From NCBI GenBank assembly GCA_944391475.1, contig CALXTR010000003.1, positions 50,823 through 114,822 of the forward strand: 64,000 bases of DNA, written 5' to 3'. Source of the DNA: an uncultured Alphaproteobacteria bacterium (GTDB lineage Bacteria > Pseudomonadota > Alphaproteobacteria > RF32 > CAG-239). The notes beneath the pieces are model-generated. The model saw only the letters and a program-made list of their open reading frames with translations, did not search any database and was not told the origin of the DNA. Of this stretch, positions 8,830 through 19,610 are shown piece by piece. The stretch's first letter is position 1. The number at the start of each line of letters is the position of its first letter. The translations under genes were made by a program, and so were the position numbers.

Positions 8830-8857
8830 TTGACTCAACAAGATTTTATGATTATAA
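8830..8857 (+). promoter_or_regulatory. Putative sigma70 promoter for the rpmH-rnpA-yidD-yidC-engB operon
   Basis: TTGACT, 16 nt, TTATAA, located about 90 nt upstream of rpmH. Confidence 0.35.
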
Positions 8858-8949
8858 AACACTCGTCCGAGGCTTTGTAAAATCACAAAGCTTAAATAAT
8901 TAATAAAAACAACAGTCCGGGAACAGTCCCGGCCAACCGGAGAAAACAA

Positions 8950-9084
8950 ATGAAACGTACATATCAGCCTTCCAAATTGGTAAGAGCCCGTCGTCATGGC
9001 TTCCGTGCTCGCATGGCAACTGCCGGCGGTCGCAAAGTTTTGGCAGCACGCCGTTTAAGAGGACGCAAAAAACTTTCAGCCTAA
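8950..9084 (+). CDS. rpmH: 50S ribosomal protein L34 (44 aa; too short to appear in the ORF track)
   Basis: Translates to [44 protein letters not shown], a textbook L34, immediately upstream of rnpA. Confidence 0.92.
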   Translation: MKRTYQPSKLVRARRHGFRARMATAGGRKVLAARRLRGRKKLSA

Positions 9085-9097
9085 GCAGGTTTTTGCC

Positions 9098-9502
9098 ATG
9101 ACTGAAGTCCGCATCATCAAGAAACGGAAAGATTTTTTAAAAGTCGCCAAGCAGGGTGAAAAAGTGGTTCAATCCACCTTGATTCTGCAAGCGGCTTTTA
9201 ATTTGTCAGTAGAACCTGATTGTTGCCATATAGGCTATACCGCCACCAAAAAATTGGGAAAAGCACATATTCGTAACCGCACCAAAAGAAGATTGCGCGC
9301 TGCTGCCCGTGTTGTATTTGGCATGAACGGACTTCAAGGAGTACAATATGTACTCATCGGACGCTACCGCACTGCCGATTGCCCTTTTGAACAACTGCTA
9401 AAAGAAATGCAACAAGCCCTCAAAAAAGTCAACAAACTGCTGCAAAAGGAGGAGGCAACGCATGAGCAAACTGCTGATCCGACTACTGATTCTGCCAATT
9501 AG
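9098..9502 (+). CDS. rnpA: RNase P protein component
   Basis: Sits in the rpmH-rnpA-yidD-yidC synteny. Basic protein with an RnpA-like KKRKDFLKV...[14 protein letters not shown] region. Confidence 0.88.
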   Translation: MTEVRIIKKRKDFLKVAKQGEKVVQSTLILQAAFNLSVEPDCCHIGYTATKKLGKAHIRNRTKRRLRAAARVVFGMNGLQGVQYVLIGRYRTADCPFEQLLKEMQQALKKVNKLLQKEEATHEQTADPTTDSAN

Positions 9503-9710
9503 AGTTTATCAAAAACTCATTTCACCGCTTTTCCCCGGAGTTTGCCGTTATCGCCCCACTTGCTCAGAATATATGATTGAGGCCATTCAAATTCACGGCG
9601 CTTGCAAAGGCATTTGGCTGGGCACCAAAAGATTATTGCGCTGTCACCCTTGGGGCGGCTCCGGTTATGATCCGGTCCCTCCCAAAGAAAACACGGATAA
9701 AAAGGCATAA
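9462..9710 (+). CDS. yidD: Membrane protein insertion efficiency factor YidD
   Basis: YidD signature: [12 protein letters not shown]...[15 protein letters not shown]...G...[15 protein letters not shown]. Overlaps rnpA by 41 nt. Confidence 0.9.
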   Translation: MSKLLIRLLILPIRVYQKLISPLFPGVCRYRPTCSEYMIEAIQIHGACKGIWLGTKRLLRCHPWGGSGYDPVPPKENTDKKA

Positions 9711-9784
9711 ACTCTTGCTCAGAGCTTGAAATTAGGGTACAAAGACATAAAAATACTGAGATTGATTAAGGAGTATAATTCATA

Positions 9785-11473
9785 ATGAAAGACGAAACCC
9801 GGGGTCTGTATTTGGCCATTATTCTTTCCATGGTAGTAATTTTCATCACCAACTGGATGTTTCCGACTACCGAACCCCAGATACAAAACGATGTAGAAGT
9901 TCCTCAAACCGCATTAAATATGCCGGAAAATGAAACCACAAAACCTGAAAACGAGGTTAAAGAAGACAAGGTCGTACTAAGCACCGCTCAAGCTGTTGCC
10001 CAAGACCGCCGTATTAACATTGTCAATCAGGACATTCGCGGTTCTCTTCGCTTAAAAGGTGCCCGTTTTGATGAATTGTATCTCCGCAAATATCGCACCG
10101 AGATTGACCCGCAAAGCCCAGCGGTTGAATTGTTATCTCCTTCCCAAACCGCTAACCCCTACTATGCTGAGTTTGGCTGGTTGTCCTCAGATAAAAGCAT
10201 CAAATTGCCGGACAACAACACCGTCTGGACTGCCAAAAGCCGCGAATTAACCCCGCAAACCCCCTTGGTACTGGAATGGAACAACGGCCAGGGACTACGT
10301 TTTATTCGTAAGATTTCGGTTGATGAAAACTATATGTTCACCATCGACCAAAATGTTGAGAACAATAGTGGTAAAACTGTTGCTCTTTTCCCATACGGAT
10401 TAATCAACCGCCACTATGAAAAATCTGCCGAGAACAGCAGTGTTGTACACGAAGGCATGATAGGCGTTCTCGATTCGTCATTAAAAGAAGTCAAATATAC
10501 CAAGTTAAAAGAAATCGGTGAGAAAGAAAGCTTTGAAACCAACGGCGGCTGGGCCGGTTTTGGTGATCGCTATTGGTTTACTTCTTTCATTCTTAACAAT
10601 ACTGACAACGGCAAAGTCAAATTCAGCCGCACTGGCGACAACAATTATCAGGTTGACTACGTCGGACAAGCTGTTGAAATCGTTCCCGGTTCAGTTGGTA
10701 GCAACAGCATCAAATTTTATGCCGGAGCTAAAGAAATTAAACTTTTGGATTACTACACCGACAAACTCAACATTAAGAAATTTGACCTCGCTGTTGATTT
10801 TGGTTGGTATTATTTCTTGACCAAACCGTTCTTTTATATTTTAGATTTCCTATATCACTTTATCGGCAACATGGGCTGGGCCATTTTACTATTTGCCGCC
10901 TTGTTGCGTTTGGTAATGTTCCCAATTGCCAACAAATCTTATGAGAGCATGTCTAAGATGAAAAAAGTGCAGCCAAAATTAAAAGAGCTGCAAGAAAGAT
11001 ATAAAGACGATAAAGTAAAACTCCAAAAAGAGATTATGGAAACCTACCGCAAAGAAAAAATCAATCCGGCTGCCGGTTGCCTTCCGGTTTTAATCCAGAT
11101 TCCGATTTTCTTCTCTTTGTATAAGGTGCTAAACATTGCCATTGAGATTCGTCACGCTCCCTTTGTTGGTTGGATTCAAGACCTTTCAGCCCCTGACCCG
11201 CTGACAATATCCGTTTTAACCAGCTTGCCGATTCCAGGCTTGCTAGATATTGGCGTTTGGCCTATTTTGATGGGTATCAGCATGTACATTCAACAAAAAC
11301 TCAATCCGGCTCCGGCCAATAAAGATCAAGCTCGAGTCTTTGCCATGATGCCGCTGATTTTCACCTTCATGCTCGGACATTTTGCATCCGGTTTAGTCAT
11401 TTACTGGACCTTGAGCAATATCTTGTCCATTATTCAGCAAAAAGCCATCATGCATAAATTGGGAGTAAAATAA
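9785..11473 (+). CDS. yidC: Membrane protein insertase YidC
   Basis: Large periplasmic domain followed by the conserved 5-TM core ([33 protein letters not shown]...). Confidence 0.95.
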   Translation: MKDETRGLYLAIILSMVVIFITNWMFPTTEPQIQNDVEVPQTALNMPENETTKPENEVKEDKVVLSTAQAVAQDRRINIVNQDIRGSLRLKGARFDELYLRKYRTEIDPQSPAVELLSPSQTANPYYAEFGWLSSDKSIKLPDNNTVWTAKSRELTPQTPLVLEWNNGQGLRFIRKISVDENYMFTIDQNVENNSGKTVALFPYGLINRHYEKSAENSSVVHEGMIGVLDSSLKEVKYTKLKEIGEKESFETNGGWAGFGDRYWFTSFILNNTDNGKVKFSRTGDNNYQVDYVGQAVEIVPGSVGSNSIKFYAGAKEIKLLDYYTDKLNIKKFDLAVDFGWYYFLTKPFFYILDFLYHFIGNMGWAILLFAALLRLVMFPIANKSYESMSKMKKVQPKLKELQERYKDDKVKLQKEIMETYRKEKINPAAGCLPVLIQIPIFFSLYKVLNIAIEIRHAPFVGWIQDLSAPDPLTISVLTSLPIPGLLDIGVWPILMGISMYIQQKLNPAPANKDQARVFAMMPLIFTFMLGHFASGLVIYWTLSNILSIIQQKAIMHKLGVK

Positions 11474-12141
11474 TGGGTTTTGAACCGGCCGCTTTCACTC
11501 AAGAACAAATCGACATTGCCAACAAATTATTTAAGCAGCCTTGTCGGTTTGTTTTAGGTGTGGCCGATTTATCCCAACTTCCGCTCAGCGGATTACCTGA
11601 AGTTGCCTTCATCGGGCGCTCTAATGTTGGCAAATCAAGCCTGATAAATGCATTGACCGGACAAAAGGGCTTGGCCAAAACCTCCAATACTCCAGGACGC
11701 ACTCAGCAGCTCAACTACTTTGAGTTTGAAGGACAAATTTATTTGGTCGACCTCCCCGGATATGGATTCGCCCAAGCTCCCGAAAACTTGGTCAAACAGT
11801 GGCAAAAACTCATTTTTGCCTACCTTCAGGGGCGTGTTGAACTCAAACGGGTCTTTATGCTCATTGACTCCCGCCATGGTGTCAAAAAGGTTGATGAAGA
11901 CATTATGAAAATGTTGGACACTGCCGCAGTCACCTACCAAATTGTTTTAACCAAAACCGATAAAATTTCTGCCCCTGCCTTAGATAAGGTTGTTAAAGCC
12001 ACCGAAGAAATTGTCAAAAAGCATGGCGCCGCTTATACCCGTGTGTTAACTACCAGTTCCGAAAAAGGAATTGGCTTAGAACAGGTTCGAACCGAGATTG
12101 CCTCGCTGATTTATTATATTGACAAAAACCGACAAATCTGA
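11473..12141 (+). CDS. engB: Ribosome biogenesis GTPase EngB/YihA
   Basis: G1 motif [14 protein letters not shown] and G3 DLPGYG. ATGA overlap with yidC. Confidence 0.9.
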   Translation: MGFEPAAFTQEQIDIANKLFKQPCRFVLGVADLSQLPLSGLPEVAFIGRSNVGKSSLINALTGQKGLAKTSNTPGRTQQLNYFEFEGQIYLVDLPGYGFAQAPENLVKQWQKLIFAYLQGRVELKRVFMLIDSRHGVKKVDEDIMKMLDTAAVTYQIVLTKTDKISAPALDKVVKATEEIVKKHGAAYTRVLTTSSEKGIGLEQVRTEIASLIYYIDKNRQI

Positions 12142-12185
12142 TATGTTGTGAGCTACAAATCGAATAATTATAAAAATCTATACAT

Positions 12186-12410
12186 ATGCAAAAGAAAAAG
12201 AATTATTATTGGCGATTTTTGTTAGGAGCAATTGTGCTTATCATCGCCACTGTGGTAATTTTTTGTATCACTGATGGATATGCACAACTTTGGGCCCTTG
12301 TTCCATTTTGTGGCATTATCCCCTTGGGAATTTGGCGATTAAAACTAGATGAAAAGGAGAAAAACACTCCTTCATCGTACAATTATCGCTACAGGTATCC
12401 AAGGAAGTAA
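12186..12410 (+). CDS. Small hypothetical membrane protein (74 aa)
   Basis: Two hydrophobic segments. No clear RBS. A bidirectional terminator lies downstream. Confidence 0.3.
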   Translation: MQKKKNYYWRFLLGAIVLIIATVVIFCITDGYAQLWALVPFCGIIPLGIWRLKLDEKEKNTPSSYNYRYRYPRK

Positions 12411-12457
12411 GATTTAAGACCGCAATATTTGCCTTAGAGCAATATTCCGGTCTTTTT

Positions 12458-13219
12458 TTATTTTACAAATTTTTTATAAGCTTGTTTTCGTTCCGAACGG
12501 TTCATTGACCAAAGATTTCCCCAACCGTTAATCGGCTGCACTTCAAATTTAGATTGCAAATTAAAGTCCCGCCGCAAAAATAAACTCGTACATTTGGTAT
12601 AAGCATTCATCGGGCAAAAGCCATAAAAATCCACCTGAATAAGGTCAGCATTTTTGAGTACTTTCACCGCCTCACGATATTCTTGACTGGTATTAATACG
12701 GTCGCTGTCATCAAGAATAATCATTCCCCCGGGAGCTAGCTTGAGCACCGCCGTGCGCGCACACTCAGCACGACGCTTACCATCCACCACAATCACATCA
12801 TAAAGCTCTTCATCTTCCAGAATAGCATCTTCATAAATTTCGCCTTCTTCTCTCCAGCGTATATCCAGATTAGACTGCTTAAATTCTTGTTTCCAGCGAT
12901 TAAACCAAATCGGATTATCTTCCACACTCACCACCTTTTGAGCCCGCTCCGCCCAAAAAGGAGAAGAATATCCGCACCCAAATTCAAAAACTTTTCTATT
13001 GGCATAATCAAACTGCGAAATATATTCAATGGCCGGATAAGTGTACCAAGGAATTGGGTTACCGTCTTTATCCTGACAAAGTTTTTCATCAATTGAGCGC
13101 TCCAAACCAAAATCTTTTTGAAGCATCTCCACTGCTTTTAAAAATTTTTCGCTAAACAAAAACTCCTCCTCTTGAAAAGCCCTTTCTGAGCTATATATCA
13201 TAAACGAAAAAAATACCAA
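12458..13219 (-). CDS. Class I SAM-dependent methyltransferase (TylF/FkbM-like O-methyltransferase fold)
   Basis: Motif I VFEFGCGYSS, post-I acidic DVIVVDG, and LKPGGMIILDD. Confidence 0.65.
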   Translation of the reverse strand: MVFFSFMIYSSERAFQEEEFLFSEKFLKAVEMLQKDFGLERSIDEKLCQDKDGNPIPWYTYPAIEYISQFDYANRKVFEFGCGYSSPFWAERAQKVVSVEDNPIWFNRWKQEFKQSNLDIRWREEGEIYEDAILEDEELYDVIVVDGKRRAECARTAVLKLAPGGMIILDDSDRINTSQEYREAVKVLKNADLIQVDFYGFCPMNAYTKCTSLFLRRDFNLQSKFEVQPINGWGNLWSMNRSERKQAYKKFVK

Positions 13220-13240
13220 CCTTTTTTATGGAGATAATTC

Positions 13241-13453
13241 ATGATTTATCTGCAACGTATTGCTCTGATTTTGGTCATTATTGGTGGCTTAAATTGGGGC
13301 CTAATTGGTTTTACCGATATTGACTTGGTCGCCTTGTTGTTTGGCCCAATGAGCATTTTAAGCCGAATTGTATACATTTTGGTCGGTCTTTCGGCCATTC
13401 TTATGTGCTGGGGTGTACCTTGCAGTTTCCGCAATAATAATTCCCAAAACTAA
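13241..13453 (+). CDS. DUF378 family small membrane protein
   Basis: GGLNWGLIGF motif, two TM helices, 70 aa. Confidence 0.7.
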   Translation: MIYLQRIALILVIIGGLNWGLIGFTDIDLVALLFGPMSILSRIVYILVGLSAILMCWGVPCSFRNNNSQN

Positions 13454-13477
13454 CTTAGTTTCTTTCTCCGAAAAAAA

Positions 13478-13510
13478 ACGACCTCTGTCAGAATGACAAG
13501 GTCGTTTTTA
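13478..13510. terminator. Bidirectional intrinsic terminator between the DUF378 gene and holA
   Basis: aaaaaaaacgacctctgtcagaatgacaaggtcgttttta, with an A-run and a T-run flanking the hairpin. Confidence 0.55.
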
Positions 13511-14551
13511 TTAATATGAACGTCTTTGAAGCTTTGCCGCCGCAGAAGAAATCTGCATAATCGTGTAACTCACAATTTCTTCCACCGGCATATTGGTAGT
13601 TTTGCAATCGCGCTCACATTTGTATAGCAAATCCATCACTCCGAGCAATTTATCTTTGCGCCAAAACGACAACTGACGCTTAAATGCCGGCTCGCGGAAA
13701 AATATAATCCGCGGCACCAACTTGTAGATTGCCTTATCGGGAGTTTCGCCATTTTCCATATATCCCAAAACCGTCAACAATTTGCTGAAATGATAAGTCA
13801 GATTCCGCACAATTGAGATAGGCTCATTTCCTTCATTAATCATCTTATAAAAAGCTTTTTGCGCTTTTTCGCTGTCACCGCCTGCCGCATAGTAACACAC
13901 ATCATCAGAAGTAGAAGATGAGGCATCAGAGACAATAGTTTCGACATCAACTACGGCAATATCTTTTTTTCCGCCCATATAGGTAATCAGCTTTTCAATT
14001 TCGCCCAAATTGGTTTTGCGGTCATTTGACAAACGCGCACATAAAATTTTGAGAGCCTCATTTCCAATAGTATATCCGTTTTCGACCAACTTGTTGCGAA
14101 CTGTTGTATACACATCTTCATCTCGGTCTTCATAACAAGCGATTACCGCCATATCCTCGCGGCTTTCCGCTAAAGTTACTAAGGAAGATTTTTTATTAAA
14201 ACCGGCCCCTGAAATAATCACCAAAGTATCCGAATTGATGGTTTCGAGCATAGTTTTAATGTGTTTGGTCAAATTGTTATCAGCATCTTTAATCACAATC
14301 ACCCTACGCCCGCCCAAAAGCGACTGACTGGCATATTCTGCCATCAAAGTTGAACTATCAGCATTAACATCAGCCCCATTGAGGTATACCACTTGGAAAG
14401 GATCATAGATATTCGGGCAAATCACCGTGGTCAGACTTTTCACATATTCGGCTTGCAAACCTTCATTACTACCATAGACCAGAAAGACCTTGATTGTCGT
14501 ATCGGGCTTTTTGATATATTTGTCAATCTGCGCTTGCTTATAAATCGCCAT
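13511..14551 (-). CDS. holA: DNA polymerase III delta subunit
   Basis: Conserved leuS-lptE-holA order. N-terminus VFLVYGSNEGL and overall HolA-like AAA+ lid domains. Confidence 0.82.
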   Translation of the reverse strand: MAIYKQAQIDKYIKKPDTTIKVFLVYGSNEGLQAEYVKSLTTVICPNIYDPFQVVYLNGADVNADSSTLMAEYASQSLLGGRRVIVIKDADNNLTKHIKTMLETINSDTLVIISGAGFNKKSSLVTLAESREDMAVIACYEDRDEDVYTTVRNKLVENGYTIGNEALKILCARLSNDRKTNLGEIEKLITYMGGKKDIAVVDVETIVSDASSSTSDDVCYYAAGGDSEKAQKAFYKMINEGNEPISIVRNLTYHFSKLLTVLGYMENGETPDKAIYKLVPRIIFFREPAFKRQLSFWRKDKLLGVMDLLYKCERDCKTTNMPVEEIVSYTIMQISSAAAKLQRRSY

Positions 14552-15089
14552 AGGAGTCCTTATTATACATTTCTTTATGGAAATATGCCCCCAACCGCAA
14601 AGCTATATCGTTAGCGATAATTTTAGCGGCATCTTCTTCAGTTTTTTTCTGCGCCATAGTGGTAGAATAAGGGTTAGAAAGAATGTCGTAACTCACAAAA
14701 GAAATACTATTGCCACTGACTAAGGTTTTGCCGTTGGCTACCAATTTATAGCGCACCAAATACCGCACTCTTTCACGGGTTGCCGTAATATCCTTACGCA
14801 AAGCTTGTTGAGTAACTTGTTTGCTTGCCGGTGTCACATAAAGACGATATTTAGGCTTTTTAGGGGAGCCCAGCGGCGTAATCAAATCCAACAACTGATT
14901 TCTGATTTGCTGGCCAAAACGCTCAGCAATCGGTTCAATTGAAATTTGTTCCATTTCCGTTGTAATGGAATTATCAAATTTGCCGCCAAAATACCACCCG
15001 GTATTATTTTGCTTTTTGGCATATAGAGGTTCAAAACCACAAGCTGTCAACAACGACAACACCAAACCAAGAACTAATATCTTTTTCAT
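14538..15089 (-). CDS. lptE: LPS-assembly lipoprotein LptE
   Basis: Lipoprotein signal MKKILVLGLVLSLLTAC. Position between leuS and holA. The ATG at 15089 has an AAGG RBS. Confidence 0.75.
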   Translation of the reverse strand: MKKILVLGLVLSLLTACGFEPLYAKKQNNTGWYFGGKFDNSITTEMEQISIEPIAERFGQQIRNQLLDLITPLGSPKKPKYRLYVTPASKQVTQQALRKDITATRERVRYLVRYKLVANGKTLVSGNSISFVSYDILSNPYSTTMAQKKTEEDAAKIIANDIALRLGAYFHKEMYNKDSYGDL

Positions 15090-15158
15090 TCGTAACCTTT
15101 GCAAAATTAATTACCTTCAATTTAACCACAATTAGCCTTCAAGTCCACCATTTTTTAT

Positions 15159-15195
15159 CAAAAAACCCCGTGAAAATTCACGGGGTCTAAAAAGC
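15159..15195 (-). terminator. Intrinsic terminator downstream of the leuS-lptE-holA unit
   Basis: aaaaaaccccgtgaaaattcacggggtctaaaaag, a palindrome with flanking A and T runs. Confidence 0.5.
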
Positions 15196-15209
15196 TGATT
15201 AGTAGTACC

Positions 15210-17699
15210 TTAAGCCGCCACAATATTGACGATTTTGTTTGGCACCACAATAATCTTCTTAATCTCCTTGTCTGCTACCTGACGTTTAACATTATCAAGC
15301 GCCAAAGCCGCAGCCTCCACATCAGCTTTGGGAGCATCTTTAGGCATTTCGATAGTGCCACGCATCTTGCCGCAAATCTGAACGGCAATAGTCACAACAT
15401 CATCTTGCGCCAAAGCAGCATTTCCTTTCGGCCAAGTTTCAGCCACAATCAAGGTTCCATGCCCCAATCTCGTCCACATTTCCTCAGCTAAATGCGGAGT
15501 AAATGGACACATCAATTTGAGCAATGTTTCATAGAGTTCAGGAGCAATTTTATCTAAGCTTGCCAAATGGTTAACATAAACCATCAGCGAAGAAACTGCC
15601 GTATTAAACTTCATCTGGTCAATACGCTCCGTCACTTCCAAAATACATTTGTGCATTGCGCGCAAATCTTTATCGCTTGGTTTAACATCTTTGTAAACTT
15701 TCTTAAACAGGTTAAAGACCTTGCCCACAAAGCGATAAACCCCGTTCAAGCTTTCTTCCGACCACATTGCTACTTGATCAAACGGCCCGATAAACATCTC
15801 ATAGAGGCGGAAGGTGTCTGCCCCGTAGTTTTCAACAATATCATCGGGGTTAATTACATTTCCGCGAGATTTTGACATTTTCTCACCGTTTTCAGCCAAA
15901 ATCATACCATGCGAAGTACGTTTTTGATAAGGCTCTTTGGTCGGAACACAACCAATATCATACAAGAACTTGTGCCAGAAACGGGAGTAGAGCAAGTGCA
16001 GAGTTACATGCTCCATACCACCATTATACCAATCAACCGGCATCCAATATTCCAAAGCTTCTTTAGAGGCAAACTCTTTGTCATTATGGGGATCACAATA
16101 ACGCAAGAAATACCACGAAGAGCCAGCCCAATTCGGCATGACATCGGTTTCACGACGGGCATGACCACCGCATTTCGGGCAAGTAGTATTGACCCAATCG
16201 GTCGCTTTGGCCAAAGGAGAGTCGCCGTTGTCATTAGGCATAAAATCAGAAACTTCCGGCAGGGTTAAAGGCAAATCTTCTTCCTTGAGCGGAACCCAAC
16301 CGCATTTTTCACAATATACCATCGGGATTGGCTCACCCCAATAACGCTGACGAGAGAAAACCCAATCTCGTAGTTTGAAGTTAACCTTTGCACGACCAAA
16401 ACCTTTTTCTTGAGCATAATCAATCGCTGCTTTCATCGATTCTTCTTTATTCATGCCATCAAGAAAAGAGGAGTTGATATGCGGACCATCTTCTTCAAAA
16501 GCTTTTTCGCTGATATCACCACCTGATAACACTTGGATAATCGGCAAATTAAAGGCTTTAGCAAAATCATAGTCGCGCTGGTCGTGCGCCGGTACTGCCA
16601 TAATTGCACCGGTTCCATATCCGGTTAAAACATAATCGGAAATAAATACCGGTATCAGCTCGCCATTAAACGGATTTTTCGCTTTAATACCTTTGAGTTC
16701 CACTCCGGTCTTGCTATCATTCATTGTCCGTTGCAAATCAGACTTTTTGGCAGTTTCAGCCACATAAGCTTGCACTTCGGCAGCATTAGAAAATTCATTC
16801 ATCAGCTCACTGACATAAGGATGCTCTGGCGCTAACACCATATAGGTAACCCCAAAAGCAGTATCCGGACGAGTAGTAAACACGGTCAATTTTTTATCTG
16901 CAAAGGGGGTACCGTCAGCTTTTGCCAAACCAAAATCAAGCTCAGCACCTTCCGAACGCCCAATCCAGTTGATTTGTTGTGCTTTGACTCGATCCAAGAA
17001 ATCCAAGTCTTTTAAATCATCAATCAAGCGATCGGCATATTTGGTAATTGCCACCATCCACTGCTCTTTATCTTTGCGAACCACTTGCGCACCACAACGC
17101 TCACAACAACCATTGACCACTTCTTCGTTAGCCAACCCCACCTTACAACTCGGGCACCAGTTAATGGCAATTTTATCTTTATATGCCAAACCGTTTTCAT
17201 AGAGTTTGAGGAACATCCACTGTGTCCACTTATAATATTTAGGATCACAAGTAGAAATACATCTGTCCCAATCAAAGCTAAACCCGATAGATTTCATCTG
17301 ACGAGTAAAGTTTTTAATATTTTCGGCAGTTGAGATTGCCGGATGGATTCCGGTTTTAACCGCATAGTTTTCAGCCGGCAAACCAAAAGCATCAAAACCC
17401 ATTGGATACAAAACATTAAATCCCTGCATCCGTTTTTTGCGAGAAATAACATCTAAAGCAGTATAAGAACGCGGGTGCCCCACATGCAAACCGGCTCCCG
17501 ATGGATAAGGAAACTCAACCAATGCATAAAACTTTTCTTTGTTTTTATCTATCTCAACCTTATAGGCCTTCTCCTCATCCCAAATATTTTGCCATTTTTT
17601 CTCAATTGCATGAAAATTGTAACGGTCTTCCTCCCGCCATTCTTTAGCCCAATCTTCATAGCTGTCTTTACCGTTATAACGGTTTTTATTTTTTATCAT
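15210..17699 (-). CDS. leuS: Leucyl-tRNA synthetase
   Basis: HIGH motif (PYPSGAGLHVGH), KMSKS, and the CP1 editing domain. 829 aa, with a short N-terminal extension. Confidence 0.95.
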   Translation of the reverse strand: MIKNKNRYNGKDSYEDWAKEWREEDRYNFHAIEKKWQNIWDEEKAYKVEIDKNKEKFYALVEFPYPSGAGLHVGHPRSYTALDVISRKKRMQGFNVLYPMGFDAFGLPAENYAVKTGIHPAISTAENIKNFTRQMKSIGFSFDWDRCISTCDPKYYKWTQWMFLKLYENGLAYKDKIAINWCPSCKVGLANEEVVNGCCERCGAQVVRKDKEQWMVAITKYADRLIDDLKDLDFLDRVKAQQINWIGRSEGAELDFGLAKADGTPFADKKLTVFTTRPDTAFGVTYMVLAPEHPYVSELMNEFSNAAEVQAYVAETAKKSDLQRTMNDSKTGVELKGIKAKNPFNGELIPVFISDYVLTGYGTGAIMAVPAHDQRDYDFAKAFNLPIIQVLSGGDISEKAFEEDGPHINSSFLDGMNKEESMKAAIDYAQEKGFGRAKVNFKLRDWVFSRQRYWGEPIPMVYCEKCGWVPLKEEDLPLTLPEVSDFMPNDNGDSPLAKATDWVNTTCPKCGGHARRETDVMPNWAGSSWYFLRYCDPHNDKEFASKEALEYWMPVDWYNGGMEHVTLHLLYSRFWHKFLYDIGCVPTKEPYQKRTSHGMILAENGEKMSKSRGNVINPDDIVENYGADTFRLYEMFIGPFDQVAMWSEESLNGVYRFVGKVFNLFKKVYKDVKPSDKDLRAMHKCILEVTERIDQMKFNTAVSSLMVYVNHLASLDKIAPELYETLLKLMCPFTPHLAEEMWTRLGHGTLIVAETWPKGNAALAQDDVVTIAVQICGKMRGTIEMPKDAPKADVEAAALALDNVKRQVADKEIKKIIVVPNKIVNIVAA

Positions 17700-17703
17700 T
17701 TAC

Positions 17704-18144
17704 CTATCCCTTATTTGATAACAAATCTTTTCTATACAAATTTCTAGCCTGAAGCAAAATTTGATGTTTAATTTCTGCGGCGAGAGTCTTATCCGCCTTC
17801 ACATCGACCCACTGCCCATCTTCCAGCTGACGTTTATAGACCTTAACATTCAAACCGTCGCTACGCAGTTCTCGGGTATATACTTTGGCTTCCACCTTAA
17901 ACAAATCGTTGGGGCTGCCCTCCATTCTTATCCACTTGGTAACAATGATACCCCCATTTTTATCTTCAATTTCTATGGGCAAGCTGCCCAATTTGTCCAG
18001 TGCGCCCTGCCACAAATAGTGGTTCACCCCGGCTTGTTCTACCGGAATTTGTTTTTCCTCACTTGCAAACGGGTTGAGCGATGACCAAGAACAACCTCCG
18101 GCCAAAAGCAAAAGCCCAAGCATCATACCAAAATATTTTTTCAT
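17704..18144 (-). CDS. Putative lipoprotein
   Basis: MKKYFGMMLGLLLLAGGCSW lipobox. The start at 18144 has an AGGGG RBS. Confidence 0.5.
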   Translation of the reverse strand: MKKYFGMMLGLLLLAGGCSWSSLNPFASEEKQIPVEQAGVNHYLWQGALDKLGSLPIEIEDKNGGIIVTKWIRMEGSPNDLFKVEAKVYTRELRSDGLNVKVYKRQLEDGQWVDVKADKTLAAEIKHQILLQARNLYRKDLLSNKG

Positions 18145-18305
18145 TTTTACCCCTACAAAAAACGCAATTGTCAGTAAGGTATACCAATTTGAAACAAAAC
18201 ACAAGCTGCATCAAAGATTTTAACAGCTGATTTTATCAAAAAATTCGGACTTGTATTTAACATAAAATATAACTAGAATGCAAGAAAATTAAGGAAGAAA
18301 AATTA

Positions 18306-19610
18306 ATGAGCAACGCCAGACAAATCAGTGTAGAAATCATTTTTCAGATTCTCAATAACAAAGTTTTTTTCAGCGAGGCCAAAGCAGCGCTGAAAGTTGA
18401 AGAAAACGCCGAGATATCTTTTATCAATATGCTGGTTTTAACCACACTTCGCCGCCTCACCTTCATTAAAAAAGTTCTGTACCAATTTATAAAAAAAAGA
18501 GCCACCCCAAATTTACGCTTTGTTGATTGCGCTTTGTATGTTGCTGCCGCTGAAATGCTATTTTTAGAAACGCCGGATTACGCCGTAATTAACAGCTACG
18601 TTGAGCTCATCAAAAAGAAACAAGACAAATATGTTGCCAATTTTGCCAACGGTGTTTTAAGAAATCTCGCGCGTATAAAAGATAAGGTAATATGGTCAGT
18701 AACATCTGAATTTTTTCCACCCGAATTTATTAAAGTTCTCCAAGGATATACTCACGAACAGATTCGTCAAATTGAGGAATATTCAATCCAAGAAGCTCCG
18801 CTGGACTTAAGCTGCAAAAGTTTAGAACAAGCCAAACTATGGAGTTCTAAGCTTGACGGTACTTTATTGCCTAATAGCTCGATTCGCCTAGAAAACAACG
18901 GCAAAATTTCTGCCCTTCCCGGATACCGAGAAGGAGCTTGGTGGGTACAAGACTTTGCCGCCTCATTACCGGTTTTATCTTTAGGAAAAGTTGAGGGCTT
19001 GCAAGTACTAGACTTATGCGCCGCCCCCGGAGGCAAAACTGCCCAGCTTATCAGCTATGGCGCAAATACAACTGCTTTAGATATTTCCAAGAGCAGACTC
19101 CAGACCTTAAAAGAAAATCTGAAAAGGCTCAATTTGACCGCGCAAGAGATTATTTGTGCCGATGCATTAACATATCTTAAAGACTATGCAGGACCTCTTT
19201 TTGATATCATATTGCTTGATGCACCTTGCTCGGCCTCTGGCACACTTCGCCGCCACCCCGAGCTCATGCATATCAAAAACACTAAAGATATTAAAGAAGC
19301 CGCCAAACTACAACGACAATTACTTGATATGGCGGGCAATGCATTAAAAAAAGACGGCATATTGCTATATACCGTATGTTCAATCGCAAAAGCGGAAGGA
19401 GAAAAACAAATCCAAACTTTTCTTGAACAAAACTCTGACTACCGCTTACTGCCAATTAAGATTAATGACATTGATTTCAGTGGCACCAAGAGCCTATCAC
19501 TACTAATTAGCAAAGAAGGTTATATCCGCACTCTACCCTATTATTCCGGCCCACAAGGAGGCATGGATTCATTTTTTGTAGCCAAACTTCAAAAGGTAAA
19601 AAACTCATGA
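18306..19610 (+). CDS. rsmB: 16S rRNA m5C967 methyltransferase RsmB/Sun
   Basis: NusB-like N-terminus. SAM motif DLCAAPGGKT, catalytic DAPCS...TLRR and PC motifs. Confidence 0.9.
   Translation: MSNARQISVEIIFQILNNKVFFSEAKAALKVEENAEISFINMLVLTTLRRLTFIKKVLYQFIKKRATPNLRFVDCALYVAAAEMLFLETPDYAVINSYVELIKKKQDKYVANFANGVLRNLARIKDKVIWSVTSEFFPPEFIKVLQGYTHEQIRQIEEYSIQEAPLDLSCKSLEQAKLWSSKLDGTLLPNSSIRLENNGKISALPGYREGAWWVQDFAASLPVLSLGKVEGLQVLDLCAAPGGKTAQLISYGANTTALDISKSRLQTLKENLKRLNLTAQEIICADALTYLKDYAGPLFDIILLDAPCSASGTLRRHPELMHIKNTKDIKEAAKLQRQLLDMAGNALKKDGILLYTVCSIAKAEGEKQIQTFLEQNSDYRLLPIKINDIDFSGTKSLSLLISKEGYIRTLPYYSGPQGGMDSFFVAKLQKVKNS

Noticed and set aside
8773-8997. Minus-strand 74-aa ORF between the BI-1 gene and rnpA
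   Set aside because: It is antisense to rpmH and its promoter. rpmH is unambiguous.
10059-11940. Embedded ORFs within yidC and engB (10059-10250, 10518-10820, 11499-11702, 11635-11940, 11720-11908)
   Set aside because: They lie inside well-supported CDSs and are out of frame or antisense.
15567-18084. Plus-strand ORFs antisense to leuS and the lipoprotein gene
   Set aside because: They are embedded in the 829-aa leuS reading frame, whose class I aaRS motifs are unambiguous.
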